This document shows, in pieces, positions 33,431 through 42,503 of a stretch of DNA of 64,000 nt; within the stretch, counting starts at the first letter, position 1, and the number at the start of each line of letters is the position of its first letter. This DNA comes from Candidatus Eremiobacteria bacterium (lineage in GTDB: Bacteria > Vulcanimicrobiota > Vulcanimicrobiia > Vulcanimicrobiales > Vulcanimicrobiaceae), in assembly GCA_963758295.1 (NCBI GenBank), contig CAVWUU010000004.1, forward strand, positions 1,152,001 through 1,216,000. Reading direction: 5' to 3'. The position numbers and the translations under genes are program-made. The notes under the pieces are model-generated. The model saw only the letters and a program-made list of their open reading frames with translations. It was not told where the DNA came from and did not search any database.

Positions 33431-34525
33431 CTACGAGACGGACACGGTCCGCCCGGCGATTGCATCGCGCAAGCTATCTAGGCCACGCCCGGTTTTTGCG
33501 CTGACGAAAAGCGCGTCGCTGATCGCCGGCAGCTCCCCTTCGGCGGCGTCCGTCTTGTTGAAAACGAGCAGGCGCGGCGCGCTGTCGAGGTCGAGTTCGT
33601 GCAAGATCGCGTCTACCGCAGTCCGCTGGCGCGGCCAGTCAGGATTCGACGCATCGAGCACGTGCACCAAAAGATCTGCTTCGCGCAACTCTTCCAAGGT
33701 AGCACGAAACGCGTTCACGAGGTCCTTCGGCAGATCGGTAATGAACCCGACCGTATCGGCGAGACGGATGTACCGTTGCGGACCGAGGTAGACCCGGCGC
33801 ACGGTGGGATCGAGCGTGGCAAAGGGCTGGTCGGCCACCAAGGCATCCGCGCGAGCAAGCGCATTCAACAGCGACGACTTCCCAACGTTTGTGTATCCGA
33901 CGAGAGCAACCAGCGGCTCGCGATGCGGCGCCGCCCGCCGTGTTCCACGTTGGCGTTGCACCTCTTCGAGTTGCTTTCGCAGCAAGCTTACGCGGTGCTG
34001 AATTCGCCGCCGGTCTACTTCAAGTTTCGTTTCGCCGGGGCCACGCGTTCCGATGCCGCCTCCCAATCGCGACAGATCGACACCGACGCCGATGAGATTC
34101 GACTGGCGATAGCGCAATTGTGCGAGTTCGACCTGGAGCTTGCCTTCGCGGCTGCGCGCGTGACGCGCAAAAACGTCCAAGATCAGCATCGTGCGATCGA
34201 CGATCGGCACGGATATCTGCCCTTCCAAATTTTTGCGCTGCCGCGGACGCAGATCGTTCAACACCAGCACTAAATCGGCGTCCAGGTCTTTCACGAGACG
34301 TCCGATCTCCGCGGCTTTACCGCTGCCCACGAGCATAGCAGGATCGACGCGATCGCGGCGTTGCACGACGGTCTCCACGATTTTCGCGCCCGCCGCTTCT
34401 GCGAGCGCTTGAAACTCGAGCAGCTCCGGTTCGAGCGGTCGCCGTTGATCTTCCGTATCGACGGCAACGACGATAGCGCGCTGATCCGCTACGTTCCCAG
34501 AGGTGTCAAACGTTCGATTAGCCAG
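33431..34525 (-). CDS. hflX: GTPase HflX; probable CTG start at 34525
   Basis: GKLQVELAQL, GIGTRGPGETKLE, GYTNVGKS, DTVGF, NKTD. Confidence 0.92.
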   Translation of the reverse strand: MANRTFDTSGNVADQRAIVVAVDTEDQRRPLEPELLEFQALAEAAGAKIVETVVQRRDRVDPAMLVGSGKAAEIGRLVKDLDADLVLVLNDLRPRQRKNLEGQISVPIVDRTMLILDVFARHARSREGKLQVELAQLRYRQSNLIGVGVDLSRLGGGIGTRGPGETKLEVDRRRIQHRVSLLRKQLEEVQRQRGTRRAAPHREPLVALVGYTNVGKSSLLNALARADALVADQPFATLDPTVRRVYLGPQRYIRLADTVGFITDLPKDLVNAFRATLEELREADLLVHVLDASNPDWPRQRTAVDAILHELDLDSAPRLLVFNKTDAAEGELPAISDALFVSAKTGRGLDSLRDAIAGRTVSVS

Positions 34526-35340
34526 CGTAGTCCCTCATTGTAACGCGGTCCCGGGCGGTACAGCGCGTCGATGATTTTTGGATCGGTTATGATGAAGACG
34601 TGCCCTTCGCGTACCGCCCGTAAGCTCCGCCATGGCTCGCTTTGCAGTGCACCGGTCAGGTGCACTTCGCTCGTGCTGACGACGGCATCGGGTTGCGCGC
34701 GCACGAGCGCTTCGTCGCTGTACTCGCCCCACGGACGGGCCATATGCGCCGCGTTGGTTCCACCGGCGAGTTCAATCAAGCGCCCGATGTACGATGACGT
34801 GCCCACGGTCCAGATCGGCCCCGTGCCGAGCGCGAAAAACACCGATGGCCGGTGCGCGGGCTTCGCGGATCGCTCGAGCTTCGCGGATCGCTCGAGCTTC
34901 GCCGTTTCCCTTTGGAGTTTGGCGATTTCCTCGCGCGCTTCGGCACCTCGTCCGGAAAGATCGCCGAGCGTGCGCACTCCCGTGAAAATGTCGTCGTAGG
35001 AATCGTCGCGCACGAGAACGACGTTGACTCCGGCGCGGCGCAACGGTTCAAGCATGCGGTCCTGCGCGGGAATCGCGACGACGACGTCGGGATGCAAGGC
35101 GACGATTTTCTCCGCATCGACGCTCTGAAAATCCGCAACTCGGGCGACGGAGGGCGGCGCAACATCCGTGAATTGCGACACGCCGACGACGCGACTGCCG
35201 GCGCCGATGGCATAAAGATCTTCTGCGAGCGAGGGAACCAGCGCAACGAAACGGCGTTCCGCCGGCGGCGCTTGATGTAACGCCGGGGACGCGCAGCCGG
35301 CGAGTACGGCGAGCAGTAAAACAAGCAGAAGGACGCGCAT
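34489..35340 (-). CDS. btuF: Cobalamin-binding lipoprotein, BtuF-like
   Basis: Lipobox LAGC, VALVPSLAEDLYAIGAG..VVGVS, EKIVALHPD, RPGPR; B12 locus context. Confidence 0.75.
   Translation of the reverse strand: MRVLLLVLLLAVLAGCASPALHQAPPAERRFVALVPSLAEDLYAIGAGSRVVGVSQFTDVAPPSVARVADFQSVDAEKIVALHPDVVVAIPAQDRMLEPLRRAGVNVVLVRDDSYDDIFTGVRTLGDLSGRGAEAREEIAKLQRETAKLERSAKLERSAKPAHRPSVFFALGTGPIWTVGTSSYIGRLIELAGGTNAAHMARPWGEYSDEALVRAQPDAVVSTSEVHLTGALQSEPWRSLRAVREGHVFIITDPKIIDALYRPGPRYNEGLRWLIERLTPLGT
34861..34901. repeat. In-frame 18-bp tandem repeat (about 2.3 copies) in btuF
   Basis: CTTCGCGGATCGCTCGAG twice plus CTTCG; encodes AKLERS-AKLERS-AK. Confidence 0.85.
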
Positions 35341-35374
35341 GGGCAGGTGCGTTTCGCCGCGTTTGCCAATCTGG

Positions 35375-35535
35375 CCCGTTCAGGTTTGCGTGCGGGAAGC
35401 CGGTGAAAAGCCGGCACGGTCGCGCCACTGTAAGCGGGGAGCCGCGTCGCCGCCACTGCGGAGTTGAATCCACGGGAAGGCACGACGCACGAGCATTGCT
35501 CGGGTGATGATCCGCGAGTCAGGATACCCTCGCAA
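35375..35535 (+). ncRNA. Cobalamin riboswitch
   Basis: GGGAAgccggTGAAAAgccggcacggtcgcGCCACTGT...GCCACTG...GGGAAGG...AGTCAGGA upstream of a TonB-dependent receptor. Confidence 0.92.
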
Positions 35536-35582
35536 GCCTCTAACGCATAGACCATTCCTCGCGCCAAGGAAAGGACGTTCAG

Positions 35583-37508
35583 ATGGCTTCCCCGCTCGTT
35601 CTGCGCGCGCTCTGCGCCGCAGCGCTTTTCGCCGCACCCGCTCTTCCCGCTCTCGCGGATCCGCAAGCATCACCTTCCCCTTCACCGCTTCCCGAGATCA
35701 TGCACGTCGTCACGTCCGATCGATCCGACGAAACGCTGCACAACACGATCCGCTCGACGTATGTCGTAACGCAAGAACAAATTGCACGCGAGGGCTATCG
35801 TACGATCGGCGACGCGCTAGCGACGATGCCCGGCGTCGAAATCACGCGCTACGGCGCCGTCGGGCAAAACGTTTCGTACGGCATTCGCGGCAGCAGCTCG
35901 GCGCAAGTGCTCGTGCTCGTCGACGGCCGGCCGGCGCCCGGCGAATTTACGAATTCGGTGCAACTCGGAACGTTGTCGACCGCCGGCGTGCGCCGGATCG
36001 AAGTGGTGGAAGGCGGCGGCTCTACGCTTTACGGAACAGGCGCTATCGGCGGCATCATCAACGTGATCACCGACGCGCAGGATGCGCCGCCGGCCGCTAC
36101 GATTCGCTATGGGACGTTCGATGATCGCACAGTGCAGGCCCAAGCCTACGGATTGAGCTTTCAACGCATCGTAGCGAACAACGCCTATGCTTTACCGCCG
36201 AGCAACACCGCCGGCATGCCCAACACCGAAACGCGCGACAATAGCGACGACGAAACGACAAGCGTGCACTACGGCTTGGACCGTAAACTCGGTGCCGTCG
36301 AAGCAGCAGTACGCGGCGGTCTGGAAAGCGATCATTTGGGCGCTTCGGGCCTCTTCCCGTATTTATCACCGACAAGCCGCGAAGACGATGTCAATGCGAC
36401 GGCTTCGCTTACGTTCACGCTGCATCGCGCGCAATCTTCGGCGACACTTCAGCTTGGGGGAGATCGCCAACAGCTGGCTTTCAGTTGCGAATCCCTAACC
36501 GATTCTAATTGCTACTTTCAGGTTCCGGCGCTGAGCACCGAGGCGCGCACCGATTTGAGTTTGCGCAATGCGGTTACTTCAACGGACAATCGCCTGCTCT
36601 ACGGCATGGATGTCTCGCGCGGCGCGGTCCGGGAAGACGACGGAAATCCGCCGGACTCGATCACGGATGCGGCGCTCGCGCAAAGTGCAGCATACGTTCA
36701 AGAAACGCATGATTTCGCCGGAGGCGACTTTTACGCCGGCCTTCGCGGCGAACGCGACGGGGCGCTGGGCGGAGAATTCTCGCCCGCGGCCGGCATTCGC
36801 ACGCGCGTAGCCCGCAATCTGGAGTTAAGGCTCAACGCGGCATCCGCATTTCGCGCAGCCAACGCGAGCGAATTATACTTCCCCGGTTACGGCAATTCGA
36901 CGCTGCGCCCCGAAAGAGCGCAAGTCGGTGATCTCGCGCTGACCGATTCTCATGCCTTGGGCGGTGCAACGCTTGGGTGGTTCACGAATCGAACCAACGA
37001 TTTGATCGTGCCCGTGCAGTGCGGCCTGAGCGCGTCCGGGTGCGTGCCGGACAACAACGGTGTTTACCACCCTGTCAACATCGATCACGCACTGATGCAA
37101 GGGTTCACGCTCGACGCCCGCACGGTGCCGATGAACGGCATGACGCTCGGCGTAACGGTGACCGACCTCTATCACGCAGAGGACCTCGACGCTGCGACTC
37201 GCTTGCCGAATGACCCGGTGTTTAGCCTCGCGTTTAATCTCGGCATACGCGGACGCAACACCGGCATCTTCAATGATGGCGGGGTAACCCTTCGAGCGGT
37301 TGGAGCGCGCGGTATCGTTGACGCGACCCAGCCGCTCTTCTTTCAACCGGCGGCGTACTCGACGCTCGACGCATTCGCGCGCTTTCGCATCGCGCGCGGG
37401 ACGCTTCTGTCGCTGCGCGGCTATAACTTAGGCAACGAGCGGTACGCCGAAGTCGGCGGTTATCCAATGCCGGGCCGCACCTTCGCCGTAGAGCTTACCA
37501 CCAAGTAG
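35583..37508 (+). CDS. btuB: TonB-dependent cobalamin receptor, BtuB-like
   Basis: Plug motifs IRGSSSAQVLVLVDG and RIEVVEGGGSTLYGTGAIGGIIN; C-terminal GYPMPGRTF; riboswitch upstream. Confidence 0.85.
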   Translation: MASPLVLRALCAAALFAAPALPALADPQASPSPSPLPEIMHVVTSDRSDETLHNTIRSTYVVTQEQIAREGYRTIGDALATMPGVEITRYGAVGQNVSYGIRGSSSAQVLVLVDGRPAPGEFTNSVQLGTLSTAGVRRIEVVEGGGSTLYGTGAIGGIINVITDAQDAPPAATIRYGTFDDRTVQAQAYGLSFQRIVANNAYALPPSNTAGMPNTETRDNSDDETTSVHYGLDRKLGAVEAAVRGGLESDHLGASGLFPYLSPTSREDDVNATASLTFTLHRAQSSATLQLGGDRQQLAFSCESLTDSNCYFQVPALSTEARTDLSLRNAVTSTDNRLLYGMDVSRGAVREDDGNPPDSITDAALAQSAAYVQETHDFAGGDFYAGLRGERDGALGGEFSPAAGIRTRVARNLELRLNAASAFRAANASELYFPGYGNSTLRPERAQVGDLALTDSHALGGATLGWFTNRTNDLIVPVQCGLSASGCVPDNNGVYHPVNIDHALMQGFTLDARTVPMNGMTLGVTVTDLYHAEDLDAATRLPNDPVFSLAFNLGIRGRNTGIFNDGGVTLRAVGARGIVDATQPLFFQPAAYSTLDAFARFRIARGTLLSLRGYNLGNERYAEVGGYPMPGRTFAVELTTK

Positions 37509-37509
37509 C

Positions 37510-38493
37510 GTGACCGCCCGCGTAGCCGCACTGGCCTTCGTCGCGATCTTCGCAGCGGCGCTAAGTTTGCTCGCGGGCGGTTCTTTCATTTCCGCGCACG
37601 ACGTGTTCGCGACGCTGTTCCATCCGCGCGCCGACACCGGCGACGTTGCCACGATCGTTTGGCAGCTGCGCGTTCCCCGCGTTTGCATAGGCGCCGTCGT
37701 CGGCGCGGCGCTCGCTATTGCGGGCGCCTTGCTGCAAGGGATGTTGCGCAATCCGCTTGTGGATCCATATCTCACCGGCGTCAGCGCGGGCGCCGCCGCC
37801 GCCATTGCCATCGCAACGCTTGCCGGCACCGCGCCCGTTCTGCTGCCCGCGCTCGGGTTTGCGGCCGGATTGGGAACCGCGGTGCTCGTAGCCGCGCTTG
37901 CGCGTCGCGGCAGCGGCATCGATCCGAACCGGCTGATTCTCGCCGGCATCTCGCTTTCGGCGCTCTTCTCGGCCATCGTTGCTTTCGCAATCGCGCGAGC
38001 ACAATCGGCCGACTACGCGCAGCAGATTCTGGCCTGGCTCGCCGGGTCGATGGCGGGCCGCTCCTGGCGCGATTTGTTCTTCACGTTGCCGTACCTGATC
38101 GCCGGATGCGCGCTAGCGATGTTTGCCGTTTCGGCGCTGAACGCTTTGCGCATCGGCGACATCCGCGCGCGCAGCGTCGGCCTAGACGTCGATCGAGCGC
38201 AATGGACGATTCTTGCCGCGGCAGCCTTACTGACCGCTGTAGCGGTCGCGCTTGCCGGGATCATCGGCTTTGTCGGGTTGATCGTGCCGCATGTGGCGCG
38301 GCGAATCGTCGGCTCGGACGCACGCCTCCTGTTGCCTTCCTCGGCGCTGTGCGGCGCTGCTTTAACGGTTCTTTCCGACGCCGTGGCGCGAACGATCGTC
38401 GCGCCCTCCGAATTGCCGATCGGCGTGCTTCTCGCATTCATCGGCGTTCCCGCGTTTCTATATCTCTACTTACATCGCGAGCGCGCAGCATGA
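37510..38493 (+). CDS. btuC: FecCD/BtuC family ABC permease
   Basis: QLRVPR, LRNPLVDPYLTGVSAGA, GIIGFVGLIVPH. Confidence 0.8.
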   Translation: MTARVAALAFVAIFAAALSLLAGGSFISAHDVFATLFHPRADTGDVATIVWQLRVPRVCIGAVVGAALAIAGALLQGMLRNPLVDPYLTGVSAGAAAAIAIATLAGTAPVLLPALGFAAGLGTAVLVAALARRGSGIDPNRLILAGISLSALFSAIVAFAIARAQSADYAQQILAWLAGSMAGRSWRDLFFTLPYLIAGCALAMFAVSALNALRIGDIRARSVGLDVDRAQWTILAAAALLTAVAVALAGIIGFVGLIVPHVARRIVGSDARLLLPSSALCGAALTVLSDAVARTIVAPSELPIGVLLAFIGVPAFLYLYLHRERAA

Positions 38494-39254
38494 TCGAGTT
38501 GCGCAACCTCACGATCGCCGCAGGCGATCGCCTTCTCCTAACAGATTTGAACGCACAAATCGGTGGCGGCGAGTTTGTCGCCGTGCTCGGTCCGAACGGC
38601 GTCGGCAAAACGACGCTTCTTCGAACGATCTGCGGGCTGCATCCGCCGCGCGAAGGCAGCGTGACGATCGATGGTCATCCCATCGAGAGCGCGTCGGCCC
38701 TGGCGCGCGCGCAGCGAATCGCCCTCGTTACCAGCGACGACGCACTTATCGACGCCCTCACGGTTCACGAAGTCGTCGCAATCGGTCGTTTCGCGCATCA
38801 CCGCTGGTGGCAGTGGAACGAACGCGTCGACGATGAAAGCGCCGTTGAGAAAGCGCTTCTCTCCGTCGGTATGAGCCAGTACTCCGGACGACTTTTCTCA
38901 ACGCTCTCCAGCGGCGAGCGGCAACGTGTCTGGATAGCGATGGGCGTGGCGCAGAGCACGCCGGTGCTGATTCTGGACGAACCGACGAGCCATTTGGACG
39001 TGCACGTGGCGCATACAATCCTAGCGCTCTTGCGGCGACTCGCGCGCGACGGAAAAACCGTGGTGTGCGTGCTGCACGATCTCAACGACGCGGCAGCGTA
39101 TGCCGATCGTTTGATGCTGCTTGGCTGCGGGAAACTTCTGGCGTTCGGTGCGCCGGCCGCGGTGTTGAAGCCCGGTCTCGTGGAAGAAGCCTACGGCATT
39201 GCGATGGAAACGATCGCGACGTCGCACGGCATTCGCATCTTTCCGGTGCCGTAG
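38490..39254 (+). CDS. btuD: ABC ATP-binding protein, BtuD/FepC-like
   Basis: GPNGVGKTT, LSSGERQR, LDEPTSHLD; ATGA overlap with the permease. Confidence 0.8.
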   Translation: MIELRNLTIAAGDRLLLTDLNAQIGGGEFVAVLGPNGVGKTTLLRTICGLHPPREGSVTIDGHPIESASALARAQRIALVTSDDALIDALTVHEVVAIGRFAHHRWWQWNERVDDESAVEKALLSVGMSQYSGRLFSTLSSGERQRVWIAMGVAQSTPVLILDEPTSHLDVHVAHTILALLRRLARDGKTVVCVLHDLNDAAAYADRLMLLGCGKLLAFGAPAAVLKPGLVEEAYGIAMETIATSHGIRIFPVP

Positions 39255-39256
39255 CT

Positions 39257-39658
39257 TCAGCGGTGCAGGTGCACCGTGCGATAGATTCCGCGAATGTCCG
39301 CGCCGAGCACCCAGCCGATTTTGCCTTTGAGCGGCCCGTTCATGATGACGATCCCTACCGCGTCGTCCGGCAGCGACGAATACTTCGACTGCACGAAGTT
39401 GCTCACACAACCTGACACGACGCCACGCGTGCCCGGAGGCGCGAGCAGTGCGTGCGGCAATAGCGCCTGCGCTTGGTCCCACGAACCGCCTTGATACTGG
39501 CGCATGCGGAAACGTGAATCCCAAACGAACACGTCGGGATCGTCGGTCGTGCCGTACAACACGACGTGATCGCCGTTGCGTAAGCGGCATTGCGCGTTCG
39601 CCGATGCCGTTGCAGCCGCTGCAAGAAGCAGCGCGAGCGCGACCTTAGCCCACTGCAT
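39257..39658 (-). CDS. Small secreted hypothetical protein
   Basis: Signal peptide MQWAKVALALLLAAAATASANA; two Cys; overlaps the upstream phosphatase stop. Confidence 0.65.
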   Translation of the reverse strand: MQWAKVALALLLAAAATASANAQCRLRNGDHVVLYGTTDDPDVFVWDSRFRMRQYQGGSWDQAQALLPHALLAPPGTRGVVSGCVSNFVQSKYSSLPDDAVGIVIMNGPLKGKIGWVLGADIRGIYRTVHLHR

Positions 39659-41069
39659 CGCGGTTCTCCGGATCGCGGACGCGAATGGCGAGGACGGCAA
39701 TGTCGTCCCGAGTACGGTTCCCGCCCAGCGCGCGCACTTGCGCTACGAGCTCGTCGGCAAGGAGCTGCGGCTGTTGCGAACTACGCTCGATCAGTTCCAT
39801 CGCGCCGGCTTCATGCAACTGCTCGCCCGCCCGGTTTCGTGCCTCGGTCAAGCCGTCGGTCGCGAGGACCAGCGTGTCGCTGTCCTCGAGGTAGAGCGTC
39901 CGGGTTTCGAAGGGCTCTTCCATCACGCCGAGCACCGGTCCGGTGACCGACAATTGCGAAACACCTGAAGAGCGTCGAAGGAAGGCCGAATCGTGCCCCG
40001 CGCTGGCATAGCGCAACTGCAACGTCTCCGTGTCCAGTACGGCGACGAACATGGAAACGAAAAGGTACGGGTTTCCAACCGTCTGTGCGAACGCCGTGTT
40101 GAATTCCGCGAGCATTGCGCCGGGATCGCGACGGCGCAACCCGATGCCGCGAATCGTGAACTTAATAAATGCCGTTAGGACGGCCGCATCGACGCCCTTA
40201 CCGCTGACGTCGGCAATCAAGATCAACGCGAGATTATCGGAAAGCCGGTAGACGTCGAAGACGTCGCCGCCCACGGCGAGATGGCTACTCGCCGAAAGAT
40301 ACGCGCTGCCTACTTCTGCGTTCGGCAAAGGGACGTGTTCGCTGCGGAACGCGCGCTGTAACGTTTCGGTGATGGTACGCTCTTCGGCAAGCTCGACGTC
40401 GGAGCGCGTTCTAAACGCGTTGAACAGAATCGCCAGCAAGCCGAAAATCAGCAGCCAGAACACGCGCCCGACGAGAGACCGATCGACTTGCTCTTGCGTA
40501 GAACGCGAAAGTCCGACGCCCGTTTCGGCAAGCGTCGTACGAATAGACGAGGTCGTCCGATCTTCGTAATCCGAGAAAAGTTTGTTTTCTTTGTCGATCT
40601 GCGCGACGTCTTTGCCCGGATGCGCGAGGAGCGGCTCGGCGATCTTTCGCCGCCAATTCGATTGCAACGCCGTGTAGTCGTCTAGAGCATTGGCGGACGC
40701 GGTCAACTTCTCGCGCCGGAGCGTCTCGTGCAGCGAACGTTCTTTGTCATCGAAACGCGCGGCGGCGTTCCGGTATTGGTCCAGGTAAAACGGGTCCCGC
40801 GTCAGCGTAAAACCGCGAACCGAGTTTTCTTCATCGATCTGCAGGCGCGAGAGTTCTTCGAGCGAGACCTGCGCCTGTTGGATGGTGGAAAGGCGCGCAA
40901 ACGTTGCCACCGTTCCCGTTCGGGTTTGGAATGCGCCCTGAACCGCAATGGCCACCGCAATCGCTAGGAACGCCGTAATGACCAGCGCTCCGGGGATGCG
41001 GTAGAACGGGACGCGCGATCTCACCGGGTCGACATACGTCGTACCGGCGCGTGCGCAAGCGAAACCCAC
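39645..41069 (-). CDS. CHASE3-like sensor PP2C/SpoIIE phosphatase
   Basis: EENSVRGFTLTRDPFYLDQY; VGGDVFD, IADVSGKG, ATDGLTEA, DDIA; start uncertain. Confidence 0.88.
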   Translation of the reverse strand: MGFACARAGTTYVDPVRSRVPFYRIPGALVITAFLAIAVAIAVQGAFQTRTGTVATFARLSTIQQAQVSLEELSRLQIDEENSVRGFTLTRDPFYLDQYRNAAARFDDKERSLHETLRREKLTASANALDDYTALQSNWRRKIAEPLLAHPGKDVAQIDKENKLFSDYEDRTTSSIRTTLAETGVGLSRSTQEQVDRSLVGRVFWLLIFGLLAILFNAFRTRSDVELAEERTITETLQRAFRSEHVPLPNAEVGSAYLSASSHLAVGGDVFDVYRLSDNLALILIADVSGKGVDAAVLTAFIKFTIRGIGLRRRDPGAMLAEFNTAFAQTVGNPYLFVSMFVAVLDTETLQLRYASAGHDSAFLRRSSGVSQLSVTGPVLGVMEEPFETRTLYLEDSDTLVLATDGLTEARNRAGEQLHEAGAMELIERSSQQPQLLADELVAQVRALGGNRTRDDIAVLAIRVRDPENRDAVG

Positions 41070-41144
41070 GAGAAGTGGGTATCAACGCTCCGTGTCAGTC
41101 GACTCCTAGGGGTCGCCATTTCCATCTCCGAACGTGAGTAAGCC

Positions 41145-42494
41145 ATGCAGACGCAGATAGACCCAGGCCTTTTCAAGTCGTACGACGTTCGCGGAATATA
41201 TCCGTCACAGCTCAACGACGACATCGCCTATGGCATCGGCCGATGCTTCGTGGCGCTGCTCGGCGCCAAGCGCGTCGTTGTGGGCCGCGACATGCGCCCA
41301 TCGGGCGAAAAGCTCTACGAGGCTTTCGCGCGCGGGGTGACCGACGCCGGGGCCGACGTTACCTATATCGGAATGGTGTCGACCGACGCACTCTATTTCG
41401 CGGTCGGCAAATACGGCTTCGACGGCGGCGTGATGATCACGGCGTCACACAATCCGGCCCAGTACAACGGCATGAAGTTTACGCGCGAGAAAGCCGAGGC
41501 TATTTCGCTCGAAACGGGTCTCGCGCAGATTCGCGATCAACTGACCGGCGGCGAATTGCCGCCCAAGGGCGCCGCGCCCGGAAAGATTGAAGAGCGCGAA
41601 ATTCTCGATGACTTCGCGCAGCATTGTTTGTCGTTCGTCGACGTCGAGAAGATCAAGCCGTTCAAGATCGCGATCGACGCAGGAAACGGCATGGCGGGAG
41701 AAACCGTTCCGCACGTTTTCAAAAACCTTCCATGTGAAGTCGTTCCGCTGTACTTCGAACTCGACGGCACCTTCCCGAACCACCCCGCGAGTCCGATCGA
41801 GCCGGAAAACATGGCCGACCTGCAAACGGCGGTTAGACGGCACGGTTGCGATTTAGGTGTCGCCTTCGACGGCGACGCCGACCGCATGTTCATCGTCGAC
41901 GAAAAAGGCGATCTGATCGACGGCAGCACCGTCACCACTCTTGTGGCGCTGAACACGTTGAAGAAGCACCCGGGCGCGAAGATCCTTTATAATCTCATCT
42001 GCAGCCGTAGCGTTCCGGAGCTGGTGAAGAAAGCCGGAGGGGTTCCGGTTCGCTCGAAGGTCGGCCACTCGATCATCAAGGCCGTGATGCGCGAGGAAGA
42101 CATCGAGTTCGGCGGCGAACACTCCGGCCACTTCTACTTCAAAGAGAACTGGTACGCGGATTCCGGCATGATCGCGCTAATGCAATGTCTCGAGCTCTTT
42201 AGCGAAGCCGGTAAACCGGTCAGCGAAGTCATCGCTCCGATCGATACGCGGTTTCGTTCCGGCGAAATCAACAGCACCGTCAAAGATATTCCGTCGAAGT
42301 TGCAAGAGCTGCAAGACCATTATAAGGACGCGCAGATAGACCACTTGGACGGCGTCACGATTCAGTACCCGAATTGGTGGATGAACGTCCGGCCGTCGAA
42401 TACGGAACCGCTGCTTCGTTTGAACGTCGAAGGCGATACCAAAGAACTCATGGAGCAGCACCGCGACGAGGCCCTGGCGCTGATCCGCTCGTAG
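41145..42494 (+). CDS. Phosphomannomutase/phosphoglucomutase
   Basis: FKSYDVRG, ITASHNP, FDGDADR, GGEHSGH, RPSNTEP. Confidence 0.95.
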   Translation: MQTQIDPGLFKSYDVRGIYPSQLNDDIAYGIGRCFVALLGAKRVVVGRDMRPSGEKLYEAFARGVTDAGADVTYIGMVSTDALYFAVGKYGFDGGVMITASHNPAQYNGMKFTREKAEAISLETGLAQIRDQLTGGELPPKGAAPGKIEEREILDDFAQHCLSFVDVEKIKPFKIAIDAGNGMAGETVPHVFKNLPCEVVPLYFELDGTFPNHPASPIEPENMADLQTAVRRHGCDLGVAFDGDADRMFIVDEKGDLIDGSTVTTLVALNTLKKHPGAKILYNLICSRSVPELVKKAGGVPVRSKVGHSIIKAVMREEDIEFGGEHSGHFYFKENWYADSGMIALMQCLELFSEAGKPVSEVIAPIDTRFRSGEINSTVKDIPSKLQELQDHYKDAQIDHLDGVTIQYPNWWMNVRPSNTEPLLRLNVEGDTKELMEQHRDEALALIRS

Positions 42495-42503
42495 CGATCC
42501 ACG

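Noticed and set aside
37659..38489. 531-aa ORF with a long N-terminal extension on the ABC ATPase
   Set aside because: The extension overlaps the permease out of frame; the ATG at 38490 (ATGA overlap) is the natural start.
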